Source: Octopus vulgaris (Eukaryota). From it: a stretch of 64,000 nucleotides of DNA. The translations under genes were made by a program, and so were the position numbers. Location: contig OX597815.1 in the NCBI GenBank assembly GCA_951406725.2, positions 150,784,001 through 150,848,000 on the forward strand. The letters are read 5' to 3'. Below the pieces are notes generated by a model. That model ran no database searches and was not told the origin of the DNA. It saw only the letters and a list, made by a program, of their open reading frames with translations. Shown piece after piece: positions 1 to 13,410 of the stretch (positions are counted from its first letter, which is position 1; the number at the start of each line of letters is the position of its first letter).

Positions 1-35
1 CCGAACGGCCATGACATATAACTCGGAATCCAACC

Positions 36-147
<112 letters not shown>

Positions 148-199
148 TTATTTTTATTTATTTATTTATATATATATATATATTTATTTATATATATTT

Positions 200-295
<96 letters not shown>

Positions 296-319
296 TGTAT
301 GTATGTATGTACGAATATT

Positions 320-686
320 CTTTTGTTTCAGTTATTTGACTGCGATAATCCTGGAGCATCACTTTTAGTCGAACACATCTCCCTCGCCCCAGGACTTATT
401 CTATAGTGCTCTTTTGCCAAACCGCAAAGTTACCGGGACGTATATACACCAATATCGGTTGTCAAGCGATAGTGGAGAGGGGAGAAACACAGACACACAA
501 AACACACATATATAAAGATATACGTCGGGCTTCTTTCAATTTCCATCTCTCAAATCCTCTGACAAGTCCCTGCTTGAACTGTGGCTACAGTCGAAGACAA
601 TTGTCCAAGGTGCCACGCAGTGGGACTGAACCCGGATCCATGTGGTTGGGAAGCAAGCTTCTTACCACACAGCCACTCCTGCGCCT
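320..686 (-). mobile_element. tRNA-derived SINE, family 2 (head ggcgcaggagtggctgtgtggtaag...)
   Basis: tRNA-like head with A/B-box-like motifs on the minus strand; matching copies at 20940, 31575, 54143, 58690 and elsewhere. Confidence 0.85.
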
Positions 687-1164
687 ATATATATGTGTGT
701 GTGTGTGTGTGCGTGTGTGTGTGTGAGTTTGTGTGTGTGTGTGTTTGTGTCTGTGTGTGTGCGCGTGTGTGTGTGTGACTGTGTGTGTATGTATTGTATA
801 ATTATAAATAGGGAAAATTTTAGCATTTTCTCCGCAAACTAAAAAAAACAACCTTAATCGATTTTAACACTATAAATACCAGTGGCCTGTCAACGGGGAT
901 CTTAGGCCACAAAGCATCAAAGTGTGATATAATATACTAAGTACTAAGCTTACAAAAAATAAGTCCAGGGGTCGATTTGCTCGACTGAAGGCGGTGCTCC
1001 AGCGTAGCCGCAATCAAATGATTGAAACAAATAAAAGAATAAAAGAATATATGTAACAAATGGTATAATCAATAATATATATTATCATGATATTTTTCTG
1101 AAAACCTTCTACAGTTCAGCTCTTTTGAGTTTCTTACCATTTAGTGTATTTTAGGAAGATATGA

Positions 1165-1664
1165 CGGAGATGTACTTGCATAGCAAGTGACCTGATCTGA
1201 GATCGTGTACTGAAACAAAGTCAATTGCAGCGTGGAAGGTATTTATAAGGCAGCGAGCTGGCAGAATCGTTAGCACGTCGGGCGAAATGCTTAGCGGTAT
1301 TTCGTCTGCCGCTGCGTTCTGAGTTCAAATTCCGCTGAGGCCGACTTTGCCTTTCATCCTTTCGGGGTCGATAAATTCAGGACCAGTTACGCGCTGGTGT
1401 CGATATAATCGACTTAATCCGTTTGTATGTCCTTGTTTGTCCTCTCTGTGTTTAGCCCCTTGTGGATAGTAAAGAAATAGGTATTTATAAGCCATCTAAA
1501 AAGACACAAAAACCATCAGATTTACTTCAACATTTAAATTTAATTTGCCAAAATATTTTCGTCGCTTTGAGACCGCGGTATGTTCACTGACAAAATTCCG
1601 TGCTGCACGGAATTTTGTCACTGAACTGGTTGCGGTCTCAAAGCGTTTTTTATGGCTTATAAAT
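1165..1664. mobile_element. Short inverted-repeat PLE-like relic, same family as 59908-60180, interrupted by a SINE
   Basis: Near-identical tail (acggagatgtacttgcatagca...) to 59908; central inverted repeat about 1563-1645; HHR-like motif in the arms. Confidence 0.65.
1248..1491 (+). mobile_element. tRNA-derived SINE, family 1 (ggcgagctggcagaa...; gcctttcatcctttcggggtcgataaa core) with target-site duplication
   Basis: A box tggcagaatcg and B box gttcaaattcc; aggtatttataag is repeated at 1237-1249 and 1479-1491. Confidence 0.9.
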
Positions 1665-1902
1665 TGTTTGGGACGATAGAATGTAGACAATGATGTCAAT
1701 TAGTGCTTGTCTGGTGCTTATTTCATCGAGTGATCAATGACGAAACGACCTCTTCTTGAAATCGAACACATCAGCATGAGGTATTGAACTAAATTCAACT
1801 AGTTGATTAATCTGCTGCTCTAATAATCCTGCCATCCTTCCAATATTTTAATCAATTTCTTTCAGGTTCAGTTATCTTTTCTATCATATGCATAACGCCT
1901 AA

Positions 1903-2322
1903 GGCTGCGAGCTGGCAGAAACGTGAGAGCGCCGGGCGAAATGCTTAGCAGTATTTCGTCTGTCTTTACGTTCTGAGTTCAAATTCCACCGAGGTCGACT
2001 TTGCCTTTCATTCTTTCGGAGTCGATAAATAAAGTAAGTGCCAGTTACGCACTGGGGTCGATGTAATCGACTTAATCCCTTTGTTTATCCTTGTTTGTCT
2101 CCTCTATGTTTAGCCCCTTGTGGGCAATAAACAACTAAGAAACGTTAGCTCGTCTTAGCGGTATTTCGTGTCTTTACGTTCTGGGTTCAAATTCCACCGA
2201 GGTCGACTTTGCCTTTCATTCTTTCGGAGTCGATAAATTAAATACCAGTTGCGTACCGGAGTCGATCTAATCAACTGGCTCCCTCCCCCAAAATTTCAGG
2301 CCTTGTGCTTAAAGTAGAAAAG
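1903..2322 (+). mobile_element. SINE family 1, dimeric/composite copy
   Basis: Two core modules in tandem matching 1248-1491. Confidence 0.85.
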
Positions 2323-2339
2323 TTTATATGCATAACGCC

Positions 2340-2740
2340 TGAATTTTTGGAGAAAGGGAACTAGTCGATTACGTCGACCCCAATGCTTGACACATACTTA
2401 TTTTATCGATCCTGACAGGATGAAAAGCAAAGTCGACCTCAGCGGAATTTAAACCAAGAACGTAAATAGGAACGAAATGCCGCTAAACAGTTTGTCCGGC
2501 GTCCTAACGATTACGATAACCATAATATTACTCATTCATAATGGTTTTCAAATTATGACTCAAGGTCAGCAACTCTCGAAGGAGAGGGCAAGTCCATTAG
2601 AGTGATCCCAGTGCTCAACTGCCACTTGTTTTATCGATCTCGATAGGACGAAAGGCAAAGTCGACCTCGATGGAGTTTGAACCCAGGACGTGAAGACGAA
2701 CGAAATACTGTTAAGTATTTTATCCGGCATGCCAACGATT
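2340..2740 (-). mobile_element. Two degenerate SINE family 1 copies
   Basis: Reverse complement of the core (ggatgaaaggcaaagtcgacctc) occurs twice. Confidence 0.75.
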
Positions 2741-3626
2741 AGTTTCGGTACGATAAGACGCAATAATATTCAGTGTCGTAGTTAATCAGTCATCCAAACT
2801 TGGGCATATCAAAAGGTCTTGAGGAAAAAAGAAGTAACACCAATAATTTAGTCCAAGAATAGAATCCCAAATTATCTCTCTCAAGATTTCTAAAGGAATC
2901 AAGTTTTAATTCTGATTTAGCTTCTCTGTGATCGCTACTTTTGTAAAGAGTCAATTCAACACTAAAATTTATTATATGCAAGCATTTATCACCAGACGTT
3001 TATCTCAGTAGATTAGAAAGACATTTCAACGTCATCGTTCTTATCTCACACAGATGCTATGAACAGACTTAATTGCTTAATTTCGCCTAATTAACAATTA
3101 GACACATCCATTAAAGACAGGATTGATTAGGACTGAGAAATACTGATAGTGACTGGAAATATTCAACGGAATTGGAAATCGCAGTAAAACGTTTAACTAT
3201 AAGGTTATAGTAAGAGACTGAAAGTATTTGAAATGACTGATAACGAATCAAAGAGAATAGAATTGACAGAATTTGTATGTGCCTATACAACTCTCTTTGC
3301 AGCACATATTATCAGGTAGAGAGAAGTCTAGTGCTTGCTTTCTCTAATAGCACAGTGGCATTAACGCACTGGGACTTCTACCAAGACAGACCTCAGTTTT
3401 GTAGGTGGAATTTGGTAGAGAGAACAATTCAAAAGCTTGTTGTTTATTTGTATGCAAGTACATGTGTGGGTGTGAGTGTGTATGTGTGAGTGTGTGTATG
3501 CGTGCATATATGTGCATATGTATATATATAAATATGCACATATATGCACGCACACACACACACACACACGCACACATACACACAAACACAAACACACACA
3601 TATATTTGCATACATATAAACATCAA

Positions 3627-3820
3627 GCCACTAGATCGCTAGCCACTACACATTCTTTATTTTCTCTCCTTGTTTCTTTCTGTGTTACTTTCTGTGGAAG
3701 AGCGTAGGCTCGGAACGTTAAAGACTTTTTCACTTCCCGACCGTTATACTAATACATCTGTTTGTTGTCTACACTATCTGTCTTCGTCTTTTGGGGGTTT
3801 TTTTGTGAATTCTCCCTATA
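3627..3820 (+). mobile_element. PLE-like 3' fragment with HHR-like motif (family shared with 18470-18652)
   Basis: About 190 bp homologous to 18470-18652; ends in (TA)n; cttt-CTGTGGA-a-gagc/gctc-GGAA-cg-TT-aaag at 3688-3724. Confidence 0.6.
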
Positions 3821-4371
3821 TATACAGTTTCAAGCTCATCATTATCCATCTTTGTCTCAGGTCTACTACGAAGCTGATTTTCAAGAGTAAAGTCACCAAA
3901 TCGGAATTCTCAAACCATCGACATACAGTGCGCTCATTCGTCACATCTTCACATCTTCAAACACTTCACTGATGTTTCGTGCTGTCTGGGATGCATTTGT
4001 TCCACAACGGAACTCATTCATAAACAAGAGGAATTTTTTCATCTATCCATGGGTTCACAAAAATTGATTTACAAGAGAAAAGTCACAGTATAATCAGACA
4101 CTATGAATCGCATTTCGTAAGGTAATGATGTAACTCTTCAATGTAGTAAAACAAAGATTTGTGGGCTAAAACATTAGAGTTAACGATTGTCAAACTTGAT
4201 TCATAAGAAAATCGGACATTTCATTCTTAATGACCTGATATGTATGTCATTGTTCAATTTTATTTCAAGATTTCTTGTCAATATAGAAAGAGCCGGTTTC
4301 TAACCTATATTCGAGGCTCCTTCTTTGGAATTTCAACATCAACGACAGGATATTTTTGGTCTGTTTGTTTG

Positions 4372-4402
<31 letters not shown>

Positions 4403-4414
4403 GTTGTATGTATG

Positions 4415-4854
4415 TGTAGTAGTCTATGTAGCTAAATAGTTGAATCAGCTCCCTGGCAAGAAAGATTATAGAGTAACCTCTCTTTCTAAGTTTCTCGAAG
4501 CATCTGTGTCATGAAATGTGATTCTTAATTATTCAAGAAGCTTACCGTTTCTCTTGCTATGTCCGTCTATTTCTCTATGCTACATGACTGAAAACCACCA
4601 CTTAGCTGTTATTTCTACATTTTCTATTTCTGAACCTTCTTGCATAGCTTAATTCTTTCAACTAGATTCTACATATTTTGATTATGTATCATCATTGACC
4701 AGTAAAAAGAATATTTTTTTATGTAATAAATATATAGTTCTTGTATTTATTCTTTATCTATATATGAATCCCTGTAATAATATACACGCAGCCATAGCAA
4801 CACCTGGTACTAAATATATATTTCCACAACATAAATTGGTGACTCCGACGTGAT
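4415..4854 (+). mobile_element. Gypsy-type 5' LTR plus primer-binding site (tRNA-Trp)
   Basis: TG...CA-bounded segment followed by tggtgactccgacgtgat (4837-4854), 17/18 identical to the complement of the eukaryotic tRNA-Trp 3' end; the left LTR boundary is approximate. Confidence 0.65.
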
Positions 4855-4967
4855 ATATATGCAGAAATATATGCGACCAACTTTAGAACCTTTTGCAGAA
4901 ACAAAAACTCGTCCAACTACCAAAATCGTTAGACATGTGCTTTGGTCCAAGAATTTAACAAACATTT

Positions 4968-5150
4968 AACTGGTCATCACCACTCCATTTAGTGAAAAAG
5001 AAATCTGGTGATTATAGACCTACTGGAAACTATAGACGACTCAACGCTATTACCATTCCAGATAAGTATCCTATACCAAATATCCAGGATTTTGCAACTT
5101 CTCTGCATGGTTGCACTATATTCCCAAAAATAGATTTCATACAAGCATAC
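4968..5150 (+). pseudogene. Ty3/Gypsy reverse transcriptase fragment
   Basis: WSSPLHLVKKKSGDYRPTGNYRRLNAITIPDKYPIPNIQDF...IFPKIDFIQAY, the classic Gypsy RT N-terminal motifs; truncated at (TATG)n. Confidence 0.9.
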
Positions 5151-5164
5151 CTAGCTACCGTTAC

Positions 5165-5195
<31 letters not shown>

Positions 5196-6051
5196 TGTAT
5201 GTATGTATGTATGTATGTATGTATGTATGTATGTATGTATGTACGCATGTATGTATATATGCATGCATGTATGTATGCATACATTCAGATTTGTATTTTT
5301 TGCTTTATGTATGTATTCTCATGCATATAGTTGCCTATCTAGACATGCTCTGTGTTTGTATGTATGCATTTATGTAAGTATGTGTGTATGTATGAAGGAC
5401 CCCTACATTTCGTTAGAACTTTCTTCTAGTGGAAGGTAGACTCCCGTATAAATAAACCTAAGTATAGTTGGTTTCTCATCGTCTCAGCATTTGTTGTGCC
5501 GCTGATTGTGTTAAAGGCTTGGATCAGTGTTGTGTACCTTTATCCACTCAAAACCAGTTCCCTGACCTACTGTTTAGAAAATGCTCTTACTCCATTGCAA
5601 GTTACTTTCTACTATTTATTTATTTATACTCACGAACATCACCAATGAGATAACCATAACAGCTGAGACAAGTTGGAGGTGTTTGCTTGTGAGAAGATGC
5701 CGTAGACGGAACCGTTTGCAAGGCATCGGCTAATTTAGTCCCCGCTGTCCCGCAGAGGCGAAGAGCATAGACTTAAGGGCGATATGTTGAAACACTTGTG
5801 ATAGCTTTTGTCACCATCAAGAGCCATCTGGAGATATTAAAATGGTCACACAAATTGACAAGTTTAATTAATTCGACATGGTTTCTAAATTTTTATGTAT
5901 GTCCAATACTCTACGAAGACAGAGGAGTTGCAGAGACGTAAACTACGTTTTTGTCTCTTATTAATAAAAATAGGGGCAAAAACTGCCTCGTATTTTCCAG
6001 TTCTTGAACCGCAGGTCGAATGTAAATATATGATATATGAAATTTAAAATG

Positions 6052-6822
6052 TGGCGAGCTGGCAGAAACGTTAGCACATCATGCGAAATGCTTAGCGATA
6101 TTTCGTGTCTTTACGTTCTGAGTTCAAATTCGGCCGAAGTCGACTTTGACTTTCGGGGTCGATAAATTAAGTACCAGGTACGTACGGGGATCGATCTAAT
6201 TGACTGGCCCGCTCCCCAAAAATTTCGTTCAAATTCCGCCGAGGTCGACTTTGTCTTTCATCCTTTCGGGGTCGATTAAATAAGTACCAGTTATGCACTG
6301 AGGTCGATATAATCGACTTAATCCCTTTGTCTGTCCTTGTTTGTCCTCTCTGTGTTTATCTCCTTGTGGGTAGTAAAGAAATAGGCATTTCGTCTGTTTT
6401 TACTTTCTGAGTTCAAAATCCGCTGAGGTCGACTCTGCCTTCCATCCTTTCGGGTACGATGAATTAAGTACCAGTTGCGTACTAGGGGCTCGATCTAATC
6501 GAGTGGCCTTCTCCCCAAACATTTCGGGCCTTGTGCCTAGAGTAAAAAAGAATATTTTACTAACCAGAGGTGGCGAGCTGGCAGAAACGTTGTCACGCCG
6601 GGCGAAATGCGTAACCGTATGTTGTCTGCTGTTACGTTCTGAGTTCAAATTCCGCCGAGGTCAACTTTGCCTTTCATCCTTTCGGGGTCGATAAATTTAG
6701 TACCAGTTACGCACTGGGGTCGATATAAGCGACTTAATCCGTTTGTCTGTCCTTGTTGGTCCTCTGTGTGTTTAGCCCCTTGTGGGTAGTACAGAAGAAG
6801 GTATTTCGTAGCAGAAAAGAAT
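6052..6822 (+). mobile_element. Cluster of tandem/nested SINE family 1 modules
   Basis: Four core modules and two tRNA-like heads. Confidence 0.9.
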
Positions 6823-7214
6823 ATATAGAATTTTAAAAATATCTTCGCTAGCCCACTCTAGCTCTTCTTTGGGCTAAGGAAGCGCCACAGCTGATACGTG
6901 TTAACAAAACAGTTGTTGTCTATGCTACTACGTCTCTGGTATTTATATTGAAATCTTCGTTCTCTCAACGGTAGTTAATTACTGCCTGTGAGACGTGGAC
7001 CAGTGTGGTTTACGGGTGTTAGTCATTGGCCAAATACATTAAACGGCCTTGTATAAGTGACAGGATAAGAATCAACAGCATTTTTTTTTTCTAAATTTTA
7101 AGAGGGGACAGGTTCCGCAGTTTGAAGATTCGACAAAGTTGTGGGTCTGTTATATAATGGAATGTAATATATGGGGAAAGAATGAAAGAAGGGGAGGTAT
7201 GAAGAATAGTTTAC

Positions 7215-7259
<45 letters not shown>

Positions 7260-7304
7260 CAGACAGACAGAAGAACAGACAGACAGACGGACAGACAGAC
7301 AGAC

Positions 7305-7378
<74 letters not shown>

Positions 7379-8767
7379 GTTGATTGATACATGGTTGTAG
7401 GCGTGAGAGAGAGAATAGGTACGCAAACATTCACGCACACACGCATATACATACACATACATATGTATATAAGTGTGTGTCTGTGCGCGCCCGCGTGTAT
7501 GTTAATTTCTTTTGGCTTTTATATATAAATTGATATATAATGTTAAACAGAAACGTTGCTCAATATTCTTATATAGATTGCATATTTCTTAAACTTTAAC
7601 GAGGAAAAGACTGACAGTAACTTCGAAGCTTCGGCTTGCTTGCTTTCATTCAGATTAATGAAGGTGAGCAAATCGAAATCCCGAAATCTCTGTCCACATT
7701 TTATTTCCAAACGGTGCGTATGAAGGTAGAATGAGCTAGATAGACTCAGAGACGGACCAAGAGATAGGCAGAGAAAGAGAGAGAGAGAAGGAGAGAGAAA
7801 CGGGCGTAGACAGGTACAGATATATCAATAAAAATGACGTGAATTAGTTGAATTTATTATAAACCACGTTCGTGAACAAAAAGGTGCGAGGGTGGCGGAC
7901 TACAATCTACAGCATCATTTGATTTGATTGGCTCTCTTCTTCGCGTACATCTATTACTAGAATATTTCCTCTATTTTCGCTCTACGCTCACCTCTTTCTC
8001 TCAACGCCTCTTCTCTCTTCCTTACTCTCATTTTGTTTTAAACCCTATTCTTTCTCCCTCTCCTCCTCTCTCTCTTGCTCCTTGTTCTTATCATAGATTC
8101 TGTAGCTATATGCCAGATCAAAGTAATTAAAGTTGATTTAATAACTGCAAACCATCATAATCAGAAACGGATTCCGGAGTGGCTTGGCACAAACGCTACA
8201 CTTGTTGCTTGTCCGTACTGCTCACACAGTCAGGGATAAATTACACTGCTCATCCAGCACGTTTGGCTTTATGTCAACAGATAAATTATTTACTTATGAA
8301 GTTGACAAGTCACAATGAGAAACTAAAATAGAAAGCGCGATGTTGGGGGAGACGGACAGAAGTATCAATGCTATGTAAAGGTTGCAGGAATACTTGCCAT
8401 CGTCACTTACGAATAGTTGTGTTGCGTGGAAGGCGAATGGTCGAATGGACGAGAAAGAGGAGTGTGGTGGCAAGCATTTAATGAGCAAAGTCCACGAAAT
8501 AATTTCGTTTTCCAGTTAAAGACGTTTCGAATACTTTTATGTGGCTGACGTCACAAATAATTTCCAACAGAAACAAGAATATAGATTTGAGGGGAGGGGA
8601 ATAATCGATTTATATCGAACCCTGAAATTGACTGGTTTATATTTTAACGTCGCTGGAAAGAATGAATTACAAAACTAATTTTTCCATACAATATCGGTCA
8701 ATAATTTTTAACTTCCTGTGTAAGCTGTAGCTGTAAATATTTCGTTTCTTTTCCAGTACGTCAGGCC

Positions 8768-8858
<91 letters not shown>

Positions 8859-8989
8859 CTTCTAGTGTACATTACTGTTAGCTCAGAATACAGCAGGAGT
8901 TAATCGGGGTTCGAGAATTTTGAGAATTTGAAAAATATTTTTACACAAATTGTTGTACCCTTGGGTAATTCTGGGAATATTCTCTGCTA

Positions 8990-9046
<57 letters not shown>

Positions 9047-9116
9047 TGTGTCTGTGTGTCTGTGTATGTGTGTATGTGTATATATATCTGTATATATATA
9101 TGTGTATGCATATATA

Positions 9117-9527
9117 TCTGACTCTTTCCACCGCGAGGGAATTCTTCCCTCGTCTAGATATTGCGTAAATCGCTCAGCGAGGATTTTCCAGAGCTGCTCT
9201 CTGTCTGACTTTAGCACGTCCGATGTTATACCGTCTTTCCCTGGCGCCTTTCCGTTTTTCGTCAAGCTAATGGCTCTTTCAGCCTCACTGACAAGGATAG
9301 GTGGCACAAGGGCGATAGAGAGGATCTAAAGAACTACCGACCCATATGTCTGCTGTTTCACGAGTACAAGCTGTTCACGAAGATAATTCTGAACAGGTTA
9401 TCACATCATCTCGACGTACAAGAACTACAGCACGATGGACCATATATTTACTCTAACACAACTGCTTGAGCGAGCGAATGAGTACAAGCTGCCTCTTTGC
9501 GTTGCGTTTGTAGACTATGAGAAGGCC
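9117..9527. mobile_element. RTE-clade LINE RT fragment with 5' inversion
   Basis: Minus 9117-9307 encodes PPILVSE...[12 protein letters not shown]...IPSRWKES; plus 9308-9527 encodes [16 protein letters not shown]...STMDHIFTLTQLLERANEYKLPLCVAFVDYEKA. Confidence 0.9.
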
Positions 9528-9598
<71 letters not shown>

Positions 9599-10314
9599 GT
9601 TCAGTAGTTTTATTTTTATAGCGTGCTTTCACTTCACTACCGAGCGCAGCTCTGTGTGCCTTGGGTATGTGCTGTGATTTGTTGTGATGCTCTGATGGTT
9701 ATTGTATGGAAAGAGTTCTGCGTAGGATGTGTGCAGTGCTTAGTAGTGCAATTTTCTGTATGTTATATGTGTTTGTAAGTCCTGTATTATTATTATTATT
9801 ATTATCTTTATTTTTATCATTATTATTATTATTATTATTTTTTTATTATAATTATTATTATTATTATTATTCAGTAGTTTTATTTTTATATCGTGCTATC
9901 ACTTCACTACCGAGCGCAGCTCTGTGTGCCTTGGATTTGTGCTGTGGTTTGTTGTGATGCTCTTATGGCTACTGTATTGAAAGTGTTTTGCGTAGGATGT
10001 GTGCAGTGTTCAGTAGGGTAATTTTCTGTATGTTATATATATTTGTAAGTCCTGGTGGTTTTGTTATGTATTTGTCTGAATATTTTTTATCATTCCTAAT
10101 GCACCTACTATGATAGGAATTGTTTCTGTTTTTAGATTCAACATTCTAGTTACCTCTATTTCCATGTCTTTGTATTTTGAAAGTTTTTCCATTTCTTTTA
10201 GAGTAACGTTGTCATCTGCTGGTATTGATACATCAATTAGAAAGCATTTTTTCTTCATGATCTCTGACAACTATATCTGGCCTATTGCCTTAATTTCTCT
10301 ATCTGTGTGTATTG

Positions 10315-10315
<1 letters not shown>
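9599..10315 (-). mobile_element. Two 5'-truncated R4/Dong-like RLE LINE 3' ends (9599-9784, 9870-10315)
   Basis: CFLIDVSIP...KEMEKLSKYKD restriction-like endonuclease motif; shared 3' UTR; each flanked by (TAA)n. Confidence 0.85.
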
Positions 10316-10376
<61 letters not shown>

Positions 10377-10409
10377 CATTAATATTTTTATTATCATTGT
10401 CATCTTCTT

Positions 10410-10840
10410 TCAATTCTATTTCCTGACACCTAGGGCAGAGAAACACATTGTATACAATGGTAGGCCATTACAATAAATACACCAGATTGTTCATTTACAG
10501 AGTCATGTCATAGAGAAAAGGGTGATGAAAGACAGAAAGAAAAAGGAAAAAATAAAAAATGAATAAGTAAACAAAGAAAATAAAGAGGAAAGAAAGAAAG
10601 AAAATCCACAGCGACAGTGCCCTTCAGTTCATGTGACGTACATGTTAAGACAATCTTTGGCACTTCCTGCATGGATGGTAAGCCAGGGATTATTCTTAAA
10701 TAATATTCAGTTCCTTTTTTAATCATTCCAAGTGCTCCTATAATCACTGGCATTGTAACCGTCTTGGGATGCCACATCTTTTCGATTTCGATGAGTAAAT
10801 CTTTATATTTTCTGAGCTCATCAAATTCTTTTCCCGCCAT
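10410..10840 (-). mobile_element. R4/Dong-like LINE 3' end, second subfamily
   Basis: KEFDELRKYKDLLIEIEKMW...PVIIGALG; different 3' UTR, echoed at 12496-12600. Confidence 0.8.
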
Positions 10841-10849
10841 ATATTATTA

Positions 10850-10919
<70 letters not shown>

Positions 10920-11748
10920 CTTTTTATCACAAGTTTTGTTGGAGCACCTGGAGTATTGCATGCGTAGCGGGCTTACTTACTAACTGCAGGCTACGGTGCC
11001 ATACTATTCGTTCTTTTCAGCTGTCTAATACTTTCCTGATTATTCTGGCCGTGCCAAGGAGGCAAATCTTTTGTACCTGTTCTACTGGGCACTCTGTTCC
11101 AATTTCTTTTATATTCCACTTGATACCTTCTCATACTGTTCCCAAGGACCCAGCAATAATTGGCATTATTTTCCCCTTCTTCATTTTCCATAGCCGGGAT
11201 ATGAGATTTGTATCTGTCTATCTTTTCACCTTCCTTCTTCGCTATTCGTGTGTCAAAGGGGCATGCAACGTCAACTGTATAGCATATATGGTGCACCTTG
11301 TCCACTACCACTAGATCCGGTCTGTTATGCTCTAGCACCTGATCTGTTTGGATCGGGAAATCCCAGGGGATTATCATAGTCTCCGATTTCGCCACTCTCT
11401 GCGTCTGTGCTCATACAATGTCTTGTTTCTCTCTAACCCTTACTGCTTTCACAGTTTCCAATGTAGCACTTTCGTTACCTGGTCGTGTCGCCACAGCTTG
11501 TAATGGTTTCGGGCAAGTCTAGAACATTCGGTCGTGATATGGACAATGTTTCATCCACTCTATTGCAGATGCGGCACAGCGGAGACACTTGCTCATTCTT
11601 AATTGACTGTGTAGTCCCTTCTTTCGTAATCCTTCTTCACGTCCTTTTTGTACATCTTCCTTTGTTTTTCTTTTTTTTCTACTTTCAATACTCCCTCGAT
11701 CCTAGCTGTCATTAACATGGTTTCCTTACTGTGGGCTAGGTATCTCAT
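10920..11748 (-). mobile_element. R4/Dong-like LINE 3' portion (zinc knuckle plus RLE), third subfamily, frameshifted
   Basis: SPLCRICNRVDET...RHDQV..LHWKL, then WDFPIQTDQVLEHNRPDLVVVDK...VDVACPFD. Confidence 0.85.
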
Positions 11749-11764
11749 TATTATTATTTTATTA

Positions 11765-11795
<31 letters not shown>

Positions 11796-11796
11796 A

Positions 11797-11832
<36 letters not shown>

Positions 11833-11833
11833 A

Positions 11834-12339
11834 TTCACTAGTTATATTTTTATAGTGTGCTTTCACTTCATTACCGAACACAGCTCTGTGTGCCTTGGAT
11901 ACGTGCTGTGTTTTGTTTTGATGCTCTGATGGTTACTGTATTGAAAGTGTTTTGCGTAGGATGTGGGCAGTGCCCAGGAAGCCAATTCTCTGTATGTTAT
12001 ATGTGTTTGTAAGTCCTGGTGTCTTGGTTATGTATTTGTCTGAATATTTTTTAATCATGCCTAATGCACCTACTATGATAGGAATTGTTTCTGTTTTTAG
12101 ATTCCACATTCGAGTTACCTCTATTTCCAGGTCTTTGTATTTTGAAAGTTTCTCCATTTCTTTTAGAGTCACGTTGTCATCTTCTGGTATTGATACATCA
12201 ATTAGAAAGCATTTTGCTTCTTCATGATCTCTGACAACTATATCTGGTTTGTTGGCTTTAATTTCTCTATCTGTGTGTATTGGCATATCCCAGAGAATGG
12301 TTGCTTCCTCGTTTTCTGTGACCTTTTCTGGTGTGTGCC

Positions 12340-12340
<1 letters not shown>
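11834..12340 (-). mobile_element. R4/Dong-like LINE 3' end with an intact RLE domain frame
   Basis: ORF 11933-12286: MPIHTDREIKANKPDIVVRD...FLIDVSIPEDDN..KEMEKLSKYKDL; PD..D..K RLE signature. Confidence 0.9.
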
Positions 12341-12423
<83 letters not shown>

Positions 12424-12447
12424 TATTATTATTATTACTATTATTAC

Positions 12448-12497
<50 letters not shown>

Positions 12498-12643
12498 CTT
12501 CTTTCTTAAAATTTTCTTCTATTTCTCGCAGAGTGTTTTCCGTACACCTAGGGCAGAGAAGCTCATTGTATGCATTCCCAGATTACACACACAAATTCAC
12601 ATTATTATTAATTAGTAGTACTAGTAGTAGTAGTAGTAGTAGC

Positions 12644-12704
<61 letters not shown>

Positions 12705-13209
12705 AGCGAAAGAGTAGAGCGCATGCCATGAAAGTGACGCTTGAGTACAAATATACGAAGCCCAATATACCTATCATGACTACCCGTATGATAAGAGTTC
12801 GCCAGGCACTAGCATCACAAACATATGTGTGCGACTTAGTGACTTTAAATCAAGATAAACAGCGCATGACCTTGCATGCAGGGACCCAGTTAGAATTTTA
12901 CTCAGGTCGTGTAGCCCATCCCGCTAAAAACTTACCTGAATAAGGATTATTTAAGGGTTATTGAACACCGACGCTTCCAGAGCTGAATTTATCAAATCCC
13001 AAAAATTCTCTCCCAGCACATGGCTATGATGCTACCCCACTACTCCTGATTGTGACAAGAGATGCTCATATTGTTAGCCATCAAGGGACACGCACAACTT
13101 TTTAAGGTGACGCAACTGAATGTAAATCTGAGGAATTGAACAGAATATTTACTATACCCACCTTTACACCAAGACTATGCATGTATGCATATATGTATGC
13201 ATGTATGTA

Positions 13210-13241
<32 letters not shown>

Positions 13242-13343
13242 GCCAGCTGGAGGAGATGTCTTCCTGGGGTTACAAGCTACAGTAGCATCGACCCTTAAGG
13301 GTTAGCCACATTTAAGTAACAAATATACTTCACGATATATATG

Positions 13344-13409
<66 letters not shown>

Positions 13410-13410
<1 letters not shown>

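Noticed and set aside
4099-4147. Weak hammerhead-like matches (also 7611-7695, 18281-18395, 50828-50885)
   Set aside because: Core or stem I too degenerate to separate from chance in AT-rich DNA
6052-6822. Regularly recurring repeats resembling a CRISPR-like array
   Set aside because: These are tandem SINE modules with no unique spacers, in a eukaryotic context
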